This document shows, one piece after another, positions 1 to 12,846 of a DNA stretch of 64,000 nucleotides. Position numbers and translations under genes: made by a program. Positions within the stretch are counted from its first letter, which is position 1. Every line of letters starts with the position of its first letter. The notes under the pieces were generated by a model. The model did no database searches, was not told the DNA's origin, and worked only from the letters and a program-made list of their open reading frames with translations. Location of the stretch: assembly GCF_020745735.1 (NCBI RefSeq), contig NC_083409.1, positions 19,302,341 to 19,366,340 of the forward strand, given 5' to 3'. Source of the DNA: Hemiscyllium ocellatum (Eukaryota).

Positions 1-1600
1 CTCTTTAATTTTTTAATATAGTCTGGAGTAGTAACAGTGTAACAGGCAGGGAGGGGCCAGAGTTGTGAGAGTCTGTTCAGGTGAATTTTCAGGTGGAATT
101 GTCGCCAGTGAAGAAGGCTGTCTAAGAGTACAATGGGATCTTGACCAACTGGGCCAGTGGGCTGAGGAATGGCAGATGGTGTTTAATTCAGATAAATGTG
201 AGTGCTGTACTTTGCAAAGCCAAACCAGGGCAGGACTTTTACGGTTAATGGTAGGGCCCTGTGGAGTGTTGCTGAACAAAGAGACCGAGAGGTGAAGGTG
301 CAGGTGCACGTGCATTAATCCTTGACAGTGGAGTCACAGGTAGGCATGGAGATGAACAAGGTGTTGGGTATGCTTGCCTTTATTGGTCACTGCATTAAGT
401 ATAGGAATTGGGACATAATGTTGCAAGTGTACAGCAGTTGGTGAGGCCACTTTGGGAATAATGTGAACAATTCTGATCATCCTGAGACAGGAAGGATGTT
501 GTTGAACTTAAAAGGCAGCGGAAAAGATTTACAAGGATGTGGCCAGGAATTGGAGGGTTTCAGCTGTCGGGAGAGGCTGAAGAAATGGGCCTATTTTCCC
601 TGCAGCATCTAAGGCCTCGGGATGACCTTATAGATGTGCATAAAATCATGAAGGGCATGGACAGGGTGTCTATCCAAGGTCTTTTCCATGGTAAGGGGAG
701 TCCAAAACAAGAGGGCATAGGTTTAAGGTGAGAGGCAAATGATACCCAAGCGGTAACTTGTCACACAGAGGGTGGTGTGTGTCTGGATCGAACTGCTAGA
801 GAAAATGTTGGAGGCAGATACAATTACAACATTTAAAACACATTGGGATGGGAACATGGATAGGAAGGGTTTAGAGGGATGTAAGCCAAATGCTGGCAAA
901 TGGGATGAGGTCATTTAGCATATCTGGTTAACACGGGCAAGATGGATGGAAGGGTCTGTTTCCACGCTTATGACTCCATGACTATGAGGGACTGGAAAAG
1001 CTGAGACTTTTTTCCCTCAAGTGTAAGAGTCTGAGGAGTGACAACATAAAGGTTTATAAAATCATGAGGGACATAGATAATGTAAATCATTCAGGAAGCA
1101 GGTGATATTTTGTTGAAATGGCAAAAAATATTCTCAATGATCATTCCAGGGATGAGGAACATCAGTTATGAAGATAGTTTGGAGAATTTGGGACTGTCTT
1201 CTTTGGAGAAGGCTGAGTTGTTCTAGGAATTAATATCAGGAGGGGCCTAGATACAGTAAATAGGGAGAAAATTTTCCCAATTGAGAAAGGATTGAGACTG
1301 AAAGACCACAGATGGAAAGTAATTGGGAAAAGTAACAAAAGTGGGATGGGGAATAACATATTTGGCCAGCGAGTGGTTAAGGTGTGGAATGCACTGCCTG
1401 AGAGTGTGGTGGAGGCAGCTTCAATTAAAACATTCCGAAGGGAATGATACTGTTATTTGAAAAGGAATAATGTGCAGGGTGACAGGGAGAAGGCAGGAGA
1501 ATGACACTCAGTGAATTGCTCATTCGGAGAGCCGGTCCAGACAGGATGGGCAGAATGGCCTCCTTGTGCACCGTAACAATTCTGTGATTGTGTGATTGAG
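1..1600 (+). mobile_element. CR1 LINE fragments (1-987, 988-1085, 1141-1590)
   Basis: LQWDLDQLGQWAEEWQM.FN.DKCE and LRGDLI motifs; (ATGACT)n-like tail at ~965-987. Confidence 0.9.
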
Positions 1601-1642
1601 CAGAGTTAAAGCTGGGGGAGGTGGGAGCTCGGTGTCTCACTG

Positions 1643-1668
1643 TGCTGCTGCTGCTGCTGCTGCTGCTG
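1643..1668. repeat. (CTG/CAG)n tract in the J-C intron homolog
   Basis: Perfect repeat; counterpart at 33038-33069. Confidence 0.9.
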
Positions 1669-2023
1669 AGGTCAGTGAGATCAGAGACTGGGACAGGGAG
1701 CCAGAGCTCACATCAAACTCTGCCCCGTGTCCGTCACACTGAGACTGGCAGGAGGCTACTCACTGATTTCACTCCATGCTGCAGGAATGGGACCACAGGC
1801 TGCAAATGGACAGAGCTCCTTCACATGGTGAGTCAAACTTACTGACTCATATCTTGCTTTTTAACGGGGTTATAGGATGAAAGAAATACAAGTGTACACC
1901 GTATGGGACGCAGTGTTCCTCAATCAAACATTTCCTTCACTGCAACACATCAACAATTCAGTATTTGTGTTTTATAAATTGTGTTTAGAGATTGAAAGGG
2001 TTAATAACAGAGGATTGAGGTTC

Positions 2024-2513
2024 CAACATCCTCATTCTGAACGTTGCTGATTGTCAGGGTGAAACTGGTCCCTGATCCACTGCCGGTGAATCGCTTGAAG
2101 ACTTCTGTGAATCGAGTTGCTGCATTGTAGATCAGGAGAGAGGGTTTCTGACCTTCTCGCTGCTGGTACCAAGCAAGGTTGCTGCTAATGCTTTGACTGG
2201 CCGTACAGGTGATGGTTGCAGTCTGGCCCAGTCCCACTGACAGCACCGGGGGAGACTGGGTCATGATGATGTCCCCACTGATACCTGAGGGGTCAGAGAG
2301 AAACACAGTGAAGTCAGAACTGTCACAGAAAGAGCCGGTCAAATGAGAGATTGTTGGAGACACTGAGCATTCCTCTGGTTTCAGCATTTTCCCTTCAATC
2401 ACAAGTCAGTGGAATTGGAGTGAAATGGAGAGCAGCTACAGATTCAAGGTGGAAGGAGAGAGATTTGCAACACAGAATGCCAGGGGCCAGATCAGCTGGA
2501 TGTGTGAAATCAT
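2024..2513 (-). pseudogene. IGKV: Ig kappa-class (NS4-like) V pseudogene: leader, intron and truncated V exon
   Basis: Leader MISHIQLIWPLAFCVA (2513-2466). V exon from acceptor at 2284 reads [27 protein letters not shown]...WYQQ...[13 protein letters not shown]. Leader donor is deleted (6 nt GGTACA missing relative to the + copy). YYC, CDR3, RSS and J are absent; the sequence runs into J-C intron homology at ~2022. Confidence 0.93.
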
Positions 2514-2573
2514 GGTGTGTGTTCCTGTCCCTGTGCCTGGTTCCTGATAAACTCTCCCTTCCCTGGGCTCTGC

Positions 2574-2670
2574 TTTATAAAGCTGCAGCCTGCGAGAGTT
2601 TGACTGGGTGTTCCTCAGTATGTAAATGGCATCAGGCAGAGAGAGCCACGTCAGCCCCTCACACTTCCTC
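2574..2670 (-). promoter_or_regulatory. V promoter of the pseudo-cluster
   Basis: TATAAA (2579-2574), octamer variant ATTTACAT (2627-2620) and Ets/PU.1-like GAGGAAGT (2670-2663), with the same layout as the + copy. Confidence 0.75.
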
Positions 2671-2699
2671 TTCTCTCTCTCTCTTTCTCACTCTCTCTG

Positions 2700-3645
2700 T
2701 CTCAGAGTCATTGATGTGAACAGCACTGAATGAGGCCATTTGGCCCATTGTGTCTGTGCTGTTAAACAAAGATCTGATGACACTAATCCCATCCTCCAGC
2801 TCTTGGCCCATTACCCTGGGGTCTACAGCAACGCAAGGGAATATCTAAACACTGCTCCAATGTCACGAGAGTTTGTGACTCATCCAGCCTTTCAGGCAGT
2901 GAGTTCCAGACTCCCACCACCCTCTGGGTGAAAACATTTCTCCCTAACTCTCCTCTCACTCCAACTTGATTGGGCCTGGACTCAGAAGGATAAGAGGGGA
3001 TCTGATTGAAATGTATAATATTCTAACAGGGCAGGGCAGGGAGGAGGTTTCCCCTGGTTGGGGAGTCTGGAACTGGAGGGACAGTCTCAGCGGGATACGG
3101 GGTAGACCATTTCAGACTCAAATGAGGAAACATTTCTTCACTCAGAGGATGGTCGATCTGTGGAATTATCTTCCACTGAAGGCTATGGAGGACAAGGAAC
3201 TGAATATATTCAAGAGAAAGAGAGAGAGATATTTGTTTTGCATTTTAACAGCATGAAGGGAATGGGGAGAAAGTAGGAAGGTGACTTCAAGAGAGAGTAT
3301 CAGCCATGATCATACTGAATGACAGAGCAGTCTCAAAGGGCCGAATGGCCTACTCCTGCAGCAGTTTCTATGTGTCCATGTCTGTTTTTCCTTCAATCTC
3401 TGTCCCTGGTTATTGAGTCCTTGACTCTTGTAAAAAGTGCCTTCCTACTCACCCTATCACTGTCCTGAATAATCTTATCCCCCTCTATCAGGTCCCCTCT
3501 CAGCCTTCACTGCTACAAGGAATACAACCCCAACCTTTCCAATCTTTCCCCACAGCTGACCCTCCGTCCCATGCAGCATCCTGGTAAATCTCTGCACCCT
3601 CTCAAGTACAATCACATCCTTCCAAGAATGTGGTAGCCAGGACTT
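2700..3645. mobile_element. Three CR1 3' fragments (-, +, -) upstream of the pseudo-V promoter
   Basis: RRIRGDLIEMY..FFTQRMV.LWN.LP motif. Confidence 0.85.
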
Positions 3646-4210
3646 GTCCCTCTGTCTCTCTCAGTCTCTTTGTCTCTCTCTCTCTTTCTCTCTCACTTTG
3701 TCTCATAGCCACTCTCTCCAACTTACACTTCCTCACTCCGTCTCATAATCTCTATTTCTGCATCTTTCTCTCTCACTGTCATTTGCTCCATTGCTCACTT
3801 CAATTGAAAGCCTCCAAATGTTAATTGCCCCTCTCTATTCCTCTCTCCGTCTCTCCCCCCTCTTTGCATCCCAATCTACAGTCTCTCTCCTTCCCTCTTT
3901 GTCATTCTGTCTCTTACCATACTCATGTCTCTCTCTCTCTCTCACACACTCAACCCTGCCCACTCTCTCTTGATTTCCTTCACTCTTGGTATCACACCCA
4001 TCCTATTTCTTTCTCTCTATCCATCCCTATCAATCACATCTTGTTTCTCTCTCTCTCTCTATCCCTCAATCACACCACTTCTACCTCCCTCTACCTCTCT
4101 CTTGGCCCCTTCACATATCTCACACTGTCTCAGATGCTCCTCCCTCTATCGCTCGATCACACACACAATTTGCCTCTACCTCTCTCTTTGTCTTGCTTCT
4201 CTGTCTTTCT
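3645..4210. repeat. CT-rich low-complexity tract
   Basis: Pyrimidine-biased; explains the Ser/Leu-rich spurious ORFs. Confidence 0.85.
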
Positions 4211-4671
4211 CACAGTGTCCCAGGTGGTGAAAGTCGAATTCAGGATAAATCTCCCTCTGCTCTGCCCCACTAATGGATGATAACCCTTGACCCAAAAACA
4301 TGTCTTTTCCTGGAGTAACTCCCCATTTCTCACATTGACCAGGGTTTGACCTAATTCAGGACAACGGACAGATTCTTTTCAAATGAAGGGCAGTTCTGTG
4401 CTGTTGGCCTATTCTCACTGGGGACTGGTTTGGACACAAACCTCATTCCATGAAGGCCCAGCAGAGAGAGGAGATCCTCAGGCCATCAGTGTGAGCTGGA
4501 GGGACAGGGCATTTTCTGACTTAGTGACCCAGCCTGTCCATCCACAACATGTTCCAATCCTTTTCCCTTTCCTTCCCCTTCCATGATCAGTCTCTGAATC
4601 AGGCTGTTTGACTGGGATGAGGGCTGGAGCATCACACAGTTACAACAGAAAGGAACTGACCACAAGCCCAC

Positions 4672-6330
4672 CATGTGTTCATGATGCACTGGACTCTCCA
4701 ACAGAGTCCACTAAACATGGAATTTAGTTCACAAGGCTGCTCGATAGAGAGACATGGGCCTCCTTCCACTGAAGTTCCCAGAAGAGACCAGTAAACATGG
4801 GCTCCTTCCTGCTGGAACCTCCAACACAGACCAGTAAACATGGATCTCCTTCTGACTGGATCCTCCAAGAGAGATCAGTAAACATGGGCCTCATATTCAT
4901 TGGACTTTACAATTCAGACAAGTAGATGACTGAGTTTTTGAAGAAGTAATCATGAAGATAGATAAACGTAGAGCAGTACACTCTGTCTACTTGGACTTTA
5001 GCAAGGCCTTAGACAAGGTTCCTCATGGTAGATTGCTCAGTAAGATTATATCACAGAGGATCCAGGGAGATCTAGCCAATTGGATTTAAAATTGGCCTGA
5101 TGGTAGGAGGCAGAGGCTGGTGAGAGAGGGTTGTTCTTCAGACTGGAGGCCAGTGACCAGCCGTCTGCCACAAGAATCAATCCTGGATCCACTGTTGTTC
5201 ATCAATTATATGAACAATTTGGAGAGAAAATAGCAGGAATGGTCAGGAAGTTTGTGGCTGACATTAAAATTGTTGGCATAATGGACAGGGAAGAAGGTTA
5301 TCCAAGAGTGCAATGTTATCTTGATCAACTGGGCCAGTGGGTCAACAAATCCAGATGGACATTTTGATAAATGGAAGGAGTTGCATTTTGGTAAGACAAA
5401 CCAGCGCAGGAATTACACAATTAATAGTAGAACCATGGGGAGTGTTGTTGAACAGAGAGACCGAGGGGTACAGGTGCATAGTTCCTTGAAAATGGTGTCA
5501 CAGGTAGACAGGGTGATGAAGAAGGTATTTGGCACGCACACATTCACTGGTCAAAGCAGGGAGTACGGGAGCTGGGACATCAAGTTACAGCTGTACAAGG
5601 CATTGGTAAGGCCACATTTGGACACTGTGTACATTTCTGCTCACCCTGCTATAGGAAGGAAGTTATTACGCTGGTTTGAATAAAAGAAAGATTAACAGGG
5701 ATGTTACCAAGATTGGAGGGTTTGAATTATAAGGCGAGGATGGATATGCCAAGATGTTTTTCCAGGGAATGCAGGAGATTGAGGGGTGACCTTATGGAGG
5801 TTTATAGAATCATGAGGGTCATAGATAAGGTAAATAGCCAAAGTCTTTTCCCCAGGGTAGGAGAATCCAGTACTAGAAAGAATAGGTTTAAGTTGAGGGG
5901 GGAAAGAATGAGAAGGAAACTGAGAGACAACCTTTTCACACAGAGGTTGGTGTGTATGTGTAATGAGCTGCCAGAGGAAGTGGTAGAGGGGAGTACAGTT
6001 ACTACATTTCAAGGAGATTTTTACAGCAACATGGATAGGAAGGCTTCAGAGAGATTTGGGCCAAACACAGACAAATGGGATTAGTTCAATTTTGGAAACT
6101 TGGTCAGCATGGATGAGTTGGGCTGAAGGGCCTGATGCCATGCTGTAAACCTCTATGACTCTATGACGATGTATGCATGGGCCACCTTCCCACAGGACCA
6201 GTAACAATGGACCTCCGTCCCACTGGAACCTCCAATAGACACCAATAAACATGGACCTCCTTCTCACTGGATGCTTCAGGAGAGACCAGTAAACATGGGC
6301 CTCCTTCCCCTTGCACTGTCCAGTACTTGA
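4672..6330 (+). repeat. ~44-bp minisatellite split by a CR1 insertion (4672-4912 and 6172-6330)
   Basis: Unit ~GACCAGTAAACATGGGCCTCCTTCCCACTGGAACCTCCAACAGA, with starts at 4786, 4829, 4873 and 6196, 6240, 6284. Confidence 0.85.
4915..6167 (+). mobile_element. CR1 LINE 3' portion
   Basis: YLDFSKA.DKVPH, LYKALVRPHL and RLRGDL motifs; CTCTATGA tail. Confidence 0.92.
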
Positions 6331-6859
6331 GCTGCAAACTTCAAATCCACTCCATCATGAAGGTCTCTTATTTCAGTCTCTACAACACTGTCTGTCTCTG
6401 CACGACTTCAGTCCCCTGGTCACAGAAAACCTAATTCCTGCTTGTCCTAACTATTGATTCCAATGTCCTCTCCCAGCTTCCTGAAGTCACATTCCATAAA
6501 CCTCAACTTGTCTGATACGGAGTGGTCCCTTCCTTGTCTGACATCTGAAGTCGTTCAAAAATGAACTCACTGCCAGACAATTGCCTCCATGGCCCCCCTC
6601 CTCCCTCACTCTGTGTCCTGCTGCAGACTCACATTCCCTCCCTCCTGCTTCCATCTTCTGTCTCTGGTCTCCTACCCATTGCTGCTTCCTCCATCCCACC
6701 ATTGACAGCAGAGCTTTCAGGCCTCTATAACGTGCTCTCTGACCTCCTGCCCTTCATCCCTCCTCCTCTCAATTGTTGTGCTATTGAATATATTGTTCAG
6801 TCCCATTGCTTTTGTTTTACTGTTCCCTTGTCATTGATTAGCTGACTTACTCTAGTAAA

Positions 6860-7600
6860 TCTAGTCTGGCCCATTCCCTGATTTGGTTCAAGAGTGTTCG
6901 AGAAAGCATTCTTCTGTAAATTGGGTTGTCTGTTTCGCCCAGTCTTTGTGAGACTAAGTGTATATAAGTTCTTATACAGCACAGACAGAGGTCATTGGGC
7001 CTATTGTGACTGTTAGTCAAATTAGTCCAATGAGACCCATTTACCCAGCCCTTCCTGTGTAACCCTGTAATTGTTTCCTTTTCAGCTATTTCTCCAAATG
7101 CCCTTTTGAAAGTTGCTGTTGAATCCACTTCCACTCACCTTGCAGACAGTCATCATGAACTCGCTGGATAAAAATGTTCCTATCTTCTCTCTTGTGCTTT
7201 AGACTCTTTCTGAAATGTGTGCCCTCTGGTTACTGACCCTCCTGCCTGGAGAAACAATTTGTCCTGTATTTACTGCATCCAGACTCTCTAATTGTGAACC
7301 CCTCATTGAGTGAGACCTATTTCCAGCACGGGGGAGAACATTCAGCCTGTCAGGTAAATGCTATCATTTCATGGAGCAATCCAGTCAGTCCCACCCCCTC
7401 CCCTACTCGACCCCCAGAGCCTTGCAGGTTTATTTTCATCAAAAGCCCACCCAATCTGCCATTGCAATCACTGAGTGTCTTCACCTGCCTCACCTGAATG
7501 GGCACTAATTTCCAAGTCATTACCAATTGCTGCTAAAAACAAACTTCTTCCTGATATCCCATATCTCTTACCGAACAAAATGTAAGGTAACTTAAATGTG
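6860..7600 (-). mobile_element. Degraded CR1 fragments
   Basis: 3' end motifs (VEVDST.TFKR) on - strand. Confidence 0.7.
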
Positions 7601-7639
7601 AAGATGGGATTTTGTCACCACACGAACTGTGCGGTGGTC

Positions 7640-8060
7640 ACCCTTACTGATACTGTCATGGACAGATACACCAGCAGCAGGCAGGTTGGTGAGGGTGATA
7701 GTGAGTATGTTTTTCCCTCTTGTTGGTTCCCTCACCGCCTGCCCCAGGTCCAGTCTCGCAGCTGAATCAGGTGGAACTTGACCAGCTTACTCAGTAGTGA
7801 TGCTTCTGAGCAGCTCTTGATGGTGGACTCTGATATCCCTTACTCCAGGTATATTCTGCATCCTTCCCACCCTCTGTGCTCCCTCCAAGTGTTGTTCAAC
7901 ATGGAGTAGAACTGACTGCTCAGTTGAGGTTGGAGTGGAGGGCGGTGCTGTGTGGTAATCAGCAGGAGGTTTCCTTCCCCATGTTTGACCTGCTGCCATG
8001 AGGCAGCATAGTTAATGGTGAGGACTCCCAGGACTCCCTTCTGACTGTACACACCGCTGT
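7640..8060 (-). mobile_element. Non-CR1 LINE APE endonuclease fragment
   Basis: QVKHGEGNLLLIT..RPP and SVLLHVEQHLE...DI.VHHQE. Same family as 22340-23010 (+) and 53900-54420 (-). Confidence 0.6.
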
Positions 8061-8271
8061 GTTGCCTCCCCTGCTTGGTCTATCCATTAAAAACTGAATG
8101 ACGGAACAATTCTGTTTAGGTTTCACAGCTTGGAGACAGAGCTGCTGCTGGATTCTGTTTCTGATCTCCAAGTGCAGATGTGTGTGTTTGTGAGAGAGTG
8201 ACTGACACTTTTTCCACCACTGTGCTGTTTCTGTAAAAATTATTCCCAGAACCAGCCTCCTATGCTGTTAG

Positions 8272-8536
8272 ATTCCAGGGAGTGCAGATGGTTCACAGTT
8301 TTCTCCCATCCCAGTAACAAACGTCCAGCTGCTCTGAGCTCCTTCTTTCACTTCCTCTTTTGGTGAAGTTTCAACTTTGCGATCTGACAGTCTTTGCAGT
8401 TATTTTTTACACTGGGGCTTTCTGCTGTGGTCAGAATCTCTAACAATAAATGTCCAATCAGTGACAATCACAGCAGCTAAGAGCAGTCAGGACTGAGGAG
8501 CCAGGCTCACTGTGAAACATATTGGGAAGATCAAAG
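8272..8536. promoter_or_regulatory. Candidate upstream B-cell enhancer, copy 1
   Basis: Unique-looking island ~94% identical to 27701-27960. EICE GGAAGTGAAA on - strand (8346-8355), E-boxes CAGATG (8285) and CAGCTG (8326), RUNX TGTGGT (8426). Confidence 0.5.
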
Positions 8537-8629
8537 TCATCCTCTTCATCTCCTGGTCCAAACTCCATCCCTCTCCCTGGGGGTCTGCTGCACAACCAGA
8601 CTCTTTACAAACGTGGCCACATCTCTGAG

Positions 8630-8945
8630 AATGATCTGAGCCCCAAATCCTCCACATTATACAGACCAGCCACTGAAAATCTCAGTCATTTCTGTGGGAC
8701 TCCAAACATAACAATTCCAATGTTGTGCTTGCACACATCACAGCAATCACTCTCCGTAACCTTCAGTTCATCCCAAATTCTGATGCCTGTATCCAAACTT
8801 GCATCAAGTCCTGTTCCCCCAAACCCCTGCACCCTGTGTCTACATTGGCTCCTCTCCAGCAACACCTTGATTTTCAAGTTCTAATCCTTGTTCACAAATC
8901 CCTCTCTGCCCTCCACCCTCCCTATTTCTGTAACCTCCTCCAAGC
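8630..8945 (+). mobile_element. L2 LINE ORF2 C-terminal fragment (paralogous copy at 27045-27365, -)
   Basis: LQFIPNSDA...LAPLQQHLDFQVLILVHKSL..LHPPY, matching the L2 LQ..QN.AAR..LHWLPV..RI.FK.L pattern. Confidence 0.7.
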
Positions 8946-9164
8946 TGCCTCAGTCAGTGTAATCAGCAATCTTGGATGTATGGCTCTCTGTTTCTTCATC
9001 CAGGTCATTGAGAAATATCATAAAAAGCTGAGCTCCCAGCACAGATCCCTGGGGATACCACTATTCACATCTTCCTCATTGGAGGATGCACTCACTATTC
9101 TTCCTCTCTGCCTCCTACCTCCAAACTAATTCCTGACCAAAGACAAATACTTTTCTCTAATTGG

Positions 9165-11860
9165 CTTGATGGTAGGAAGCAGTGGGTAATAGTGGAAAGA
9201 TGCTTGTCAGACTAGAGGCCTGTGTCTCGTGGAGTGCCTCAGGGCTCGGTCCTGGGTCCATTACTCTTTGTTATCTATATCAATAACTTGGATGAGAATT
9301 TGCAAGGCATGATTGGTAAGTTTGCAGATGACATTACAATAGACATTGAGGGAGGTTATCAGAAATTGCAGCAGGACCTTGATCAGCTGGAGTAATGGGC
9401 AGAGAAATGACAAAATGAGTTCAGAGAGATAATTGTGAGGTCTTGCACTTTTGGAAGTTTAATCGAGGTGTGAGTACCATGGTGAATGGTAAGGCCTTAA
9501 GGACTGTAGTGAAACAGAGAGATCTTGGAGTTCAGGTTCACGGTTCTCTGGAAGTTGAGTCACAGTTCGACAGGGCAGTGAGGAATGCTTTTGACACACT
9601 GGCCTTCATCAGTCAGGGCACTGAGTATAGAAGTTGAGAAGTTATGTTACCATTGTATAGAACGTTGGTGAGGTCGCACTTGGAGTATTTGGTCACCTTG
9701 TTATAGGAAGGACATTATTAAACTGGAACAAGTTCAGAGGAAATGTACAAGCATGTTGCCAGGACTCAACAGTCCGAGTTTTTGTGAGATGTTGGACAAG
9801 CTAGGACTTTTTCGGAGAGTGTAGGAGACTGAGGGTTTTTTTTAGAAGTGTATAAGACCTTGAGAGACATGGATAGGGTGAATGCACTCAGTCTTTTTTC
9901 CAGGGTTGGGGAATTGAGGATGAGAGAGCATCAGTTTTAGGTTAGAGAGGATAAAATAAAACGGAACCTGAGGGGCAATTTGTTTATACAGAGGGTGGCA
10001 CGCATATGGAATGATCTGTCAGTGGAAGTGATTAAGGCAGGTATATTAACAACTTTAAAAAGGCATTTGGACAAATACATGGATAGGAAAGGCTCCAAAG
10101 GATATGGGCCAAGTGCAGGGAAATGGGGTTAGGGTGGATGGATATTTTGGTCAGCATGGACAGTGTGGACCAAAAAGCCTGTCTCTGTGCTGTAGGACTC
10201 GATGACTCTTTGACTCTATAATTCCATATGTTTCCATGTTTATGGGCAGTCACTCAAACACAGAAACAAAGGAACGAGCAGCAGGACTAGGCCATTCAGC
10301 CCTTCAAGTGGAGTCTGCCATTAAATATGACCATGGCTGATCATTCAACTTAGTCCCCTGCTCCCACTTTTTCCCCATAACCTTAATCCCTTTTGTCCTA
10401 AGTCCCTTTAGACCTATCTCCTTCTTGAAAACTTTTAATGTTTTTGTCTCAAACGCTTTCTGTGACAGAATATTCCACGAGCTTCCCAGTCTCTGGCTAA
10501 AGAAATGTCTCCTCAGCTCAGTCTGAAATAACCTTTCCCTTTTCTTTAAACTGTAATTCCTGGTTCTGGATTCTCCAGTGATCAGGAACATACTTCCTGT
10601 GCTTTTCTGGTCTTGACGTGTTAGGATTTTAAAGGTTCCAATGTGATTCCTCTCAATCTTCTAACCTCCAGTGAATATAATCTTGACTGATCCAATTTCT
10701 TTTTAGATTAGACTTACAGTGTGGAAACAGGCCCTTCGGCCCAACAAGTCCACACCGACCCGCCGAAGCGCAACCCACCCATACCCCTACATTTACCCCT
10801 TACCTAACACTACGGGCAATTTAGCTTGGCCAATTCACCTGACCCGCACATCTTTGGACTGTGGGAGGAAACCGGAGCACCCGGAGGAAACCCACGCAGA
10901 CACGGGGAGAACGTGCAAACTCCACACAGTCAGTCGCCTGAGTCGGGAATTGAACCCGTGTCTACAGGCGCTGTGAGGCAGCAGTGCTAACCACTGTGCC
11001 ACCGTGCCGCCCACAATCTTATCAGATCTAAGTGCTGTCCTCCCAGGAATCAGCCTGGTAAACCTTCGCTGCCCTCCCTCCACAGCCAGAACATCCTTCC
11101 TCAGATAAGGAGACCAAAACTGCACAATACAATCATAAAATCACACAGTACAGAAAAGGCCCTTCAGCCCATTAACTGTGTACCAGCCAAACTACACTAA
11201 ACCTATACCAGTCCCACTTTCCAACATGAGGCCCACAGCTTGAATGTTACGACATTTCAACTGCTCACCCAAGTACTTTTTAAAGTTTGTGAGTTTTCCC
11301 ACCTCAACTCCCCTCCCAGGCTGTGCAGTCCAGACACCCACCACCCTCTGGGTAAAAAACATTTTCCTCAAAACATCTTGAAACTTCCTATCTTTCACAA
11401 TGAATGTAAACCAACTTGTTATTGACCCTCCCATGAAGGAGAACAGCTGCTTTCTCTCCACCCTGTCCATTCCCCTCACAACCTTATACACCTCTATCAG
11501 GTCCCCCTTACAACTTCCCTGCTCTGAAGAAAACAACCTGAGCTGATCCAATTTCTCTTCATCACTGAAAGGTTCCATCCCACACAACATCCTGGTGGTT
11601 CCCCTCTGCACCCTATCCAGTGCAATCACATCCTCCTACAGTGTGGTGACCTGAACTGCACACAGTACTCCAGCTGTGAACTCACCAATGTTCTGCTTAA
11701 CTGCAACATCTCCTCCTGCTTTTATAGTCAATACCTGAAATGACCAAGGCAAGTGTCCCCTGTGCTTTCATAACTGCTCTGTTAACCTGTCTTGCCACAT
11801 TCAGGGATCAGTGGACAAGTACCCCAAGATCACTCTGTTCCTTTGAGCTTTCTCAGGTCC
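9165..11860. mobile_element. CR1 fragments (9165-10225 +, 10230-10700 -, 11015-11860 -)
   Basis: GVPQGSVLGP and FADD motifs; 3' tails. Confidence 0.88.
10703..11012 (-). mobile_element. V-SINE (HE1-like), young full-length copy
   Basis: tRNA-derived head GGGCGGCACGGTGGCACAGTGGTTAGCACTGCTGCC, V-domain GTGGAGTTTGCACGTTCTCCCCG, (TAATC)n-like tail. Confidence 0.9.
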
Positions 11861-11869
11861 AAGAACAAG

Positions 11870-12800
11870 GGACAAAGAAAATTACAAAACAGGAACAGGC
11901 CCTTCGGCCCTCCAAGCCTGCACTGATCCATAGCTTCTATCTAGACCTGTCATCAATTTTCCAAGGATCTGTATCTCTCTGCTCCCTGCCCATTCATGCA
12001 TCTATCTTGATACATCTTTAATGATGCTATCATTCCCGCCTCTATCACTTCCGCTGGCTACGTGTTCCAGTTACCAACCACTCTCTGCGTAAAGAACTTT
12101 CCACGCATATCTCTCTTAAAACTTTCTCCTCTCACCTTGAACCCATGGTCCCTAGTAATTGAACCCCTCACTCTGGGAAAAATCTTCTTGCTATCCACCC
12201 TGATTATAGTTCTCATGATTTTGTAGACCTCTAGCAGGTCCTCCCTCAATCTTCAACTTTCTATTGAAATAATGCTAATCTACTCAACCTCTCTTCATAG
12301 CTCATGCCCTCCATATGAGACAATCCTGGTTAAGCTCCTCTGCACCCTCTCCAAAGCATCCACATCCTTCTGGTAATGTGGCGACCAGAACTGTATGCAG
12401 AATTCCAAACGTGGCCAAGCCAAATTCCGATACAATTCTAACATGACCTGTCTACTCTTGTACCCCAACTGATGAAGGAAAGCATGCCATCTGCCTTCTG
12501 GACCACTCTATCAACCTGCATTACCACCTTCAGGGTACAATGGACCCAAACATCCAGATCTCTCTGTGCATCAATTTTCCCCAGGGCTTTCCATTCAGCA
12601 TATAGTTTACTCCAGAATTGGATCTTCCAAAATTCATCAGATCACATTTGCCCAGATTGAACTCCATCTGTCCGTTTCTCTGCCCAACTCTCCAATCTAT
12701 CTACATTCTGCTGCATTCTCTGATAGTTCCCTGCTACTCCACCAATCTTAGCGTCATCTGCAAACTTGTTAATCAGACCACCTGTACCTTCTTCCAGATC

Positions 12801-12846
<46 letters not shown>

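Larger units (their letters stand above)
1085..11280 (-). repeat. Left arm of inverted cluster-unit homology
   Basis: Collinear reverse-complement blocks: 1085-2022~32671-33625, 2024-2690~31320-31987, 6330-6545~28640-28860, 8272-8610~27630-27960, 8630-9160~26825-27365, 10230-10700~26370-26820, 11020-11280~25550-25786. Shared old TE junctions. Confidence 0.88.

Noticed and set aside
4672-4912. CRISPR-like appearance of the 44-bp repeats
   Set aside because: Vertebrate DNA, contiguous degenerate tandem units, no unique spacers and no cas genes.
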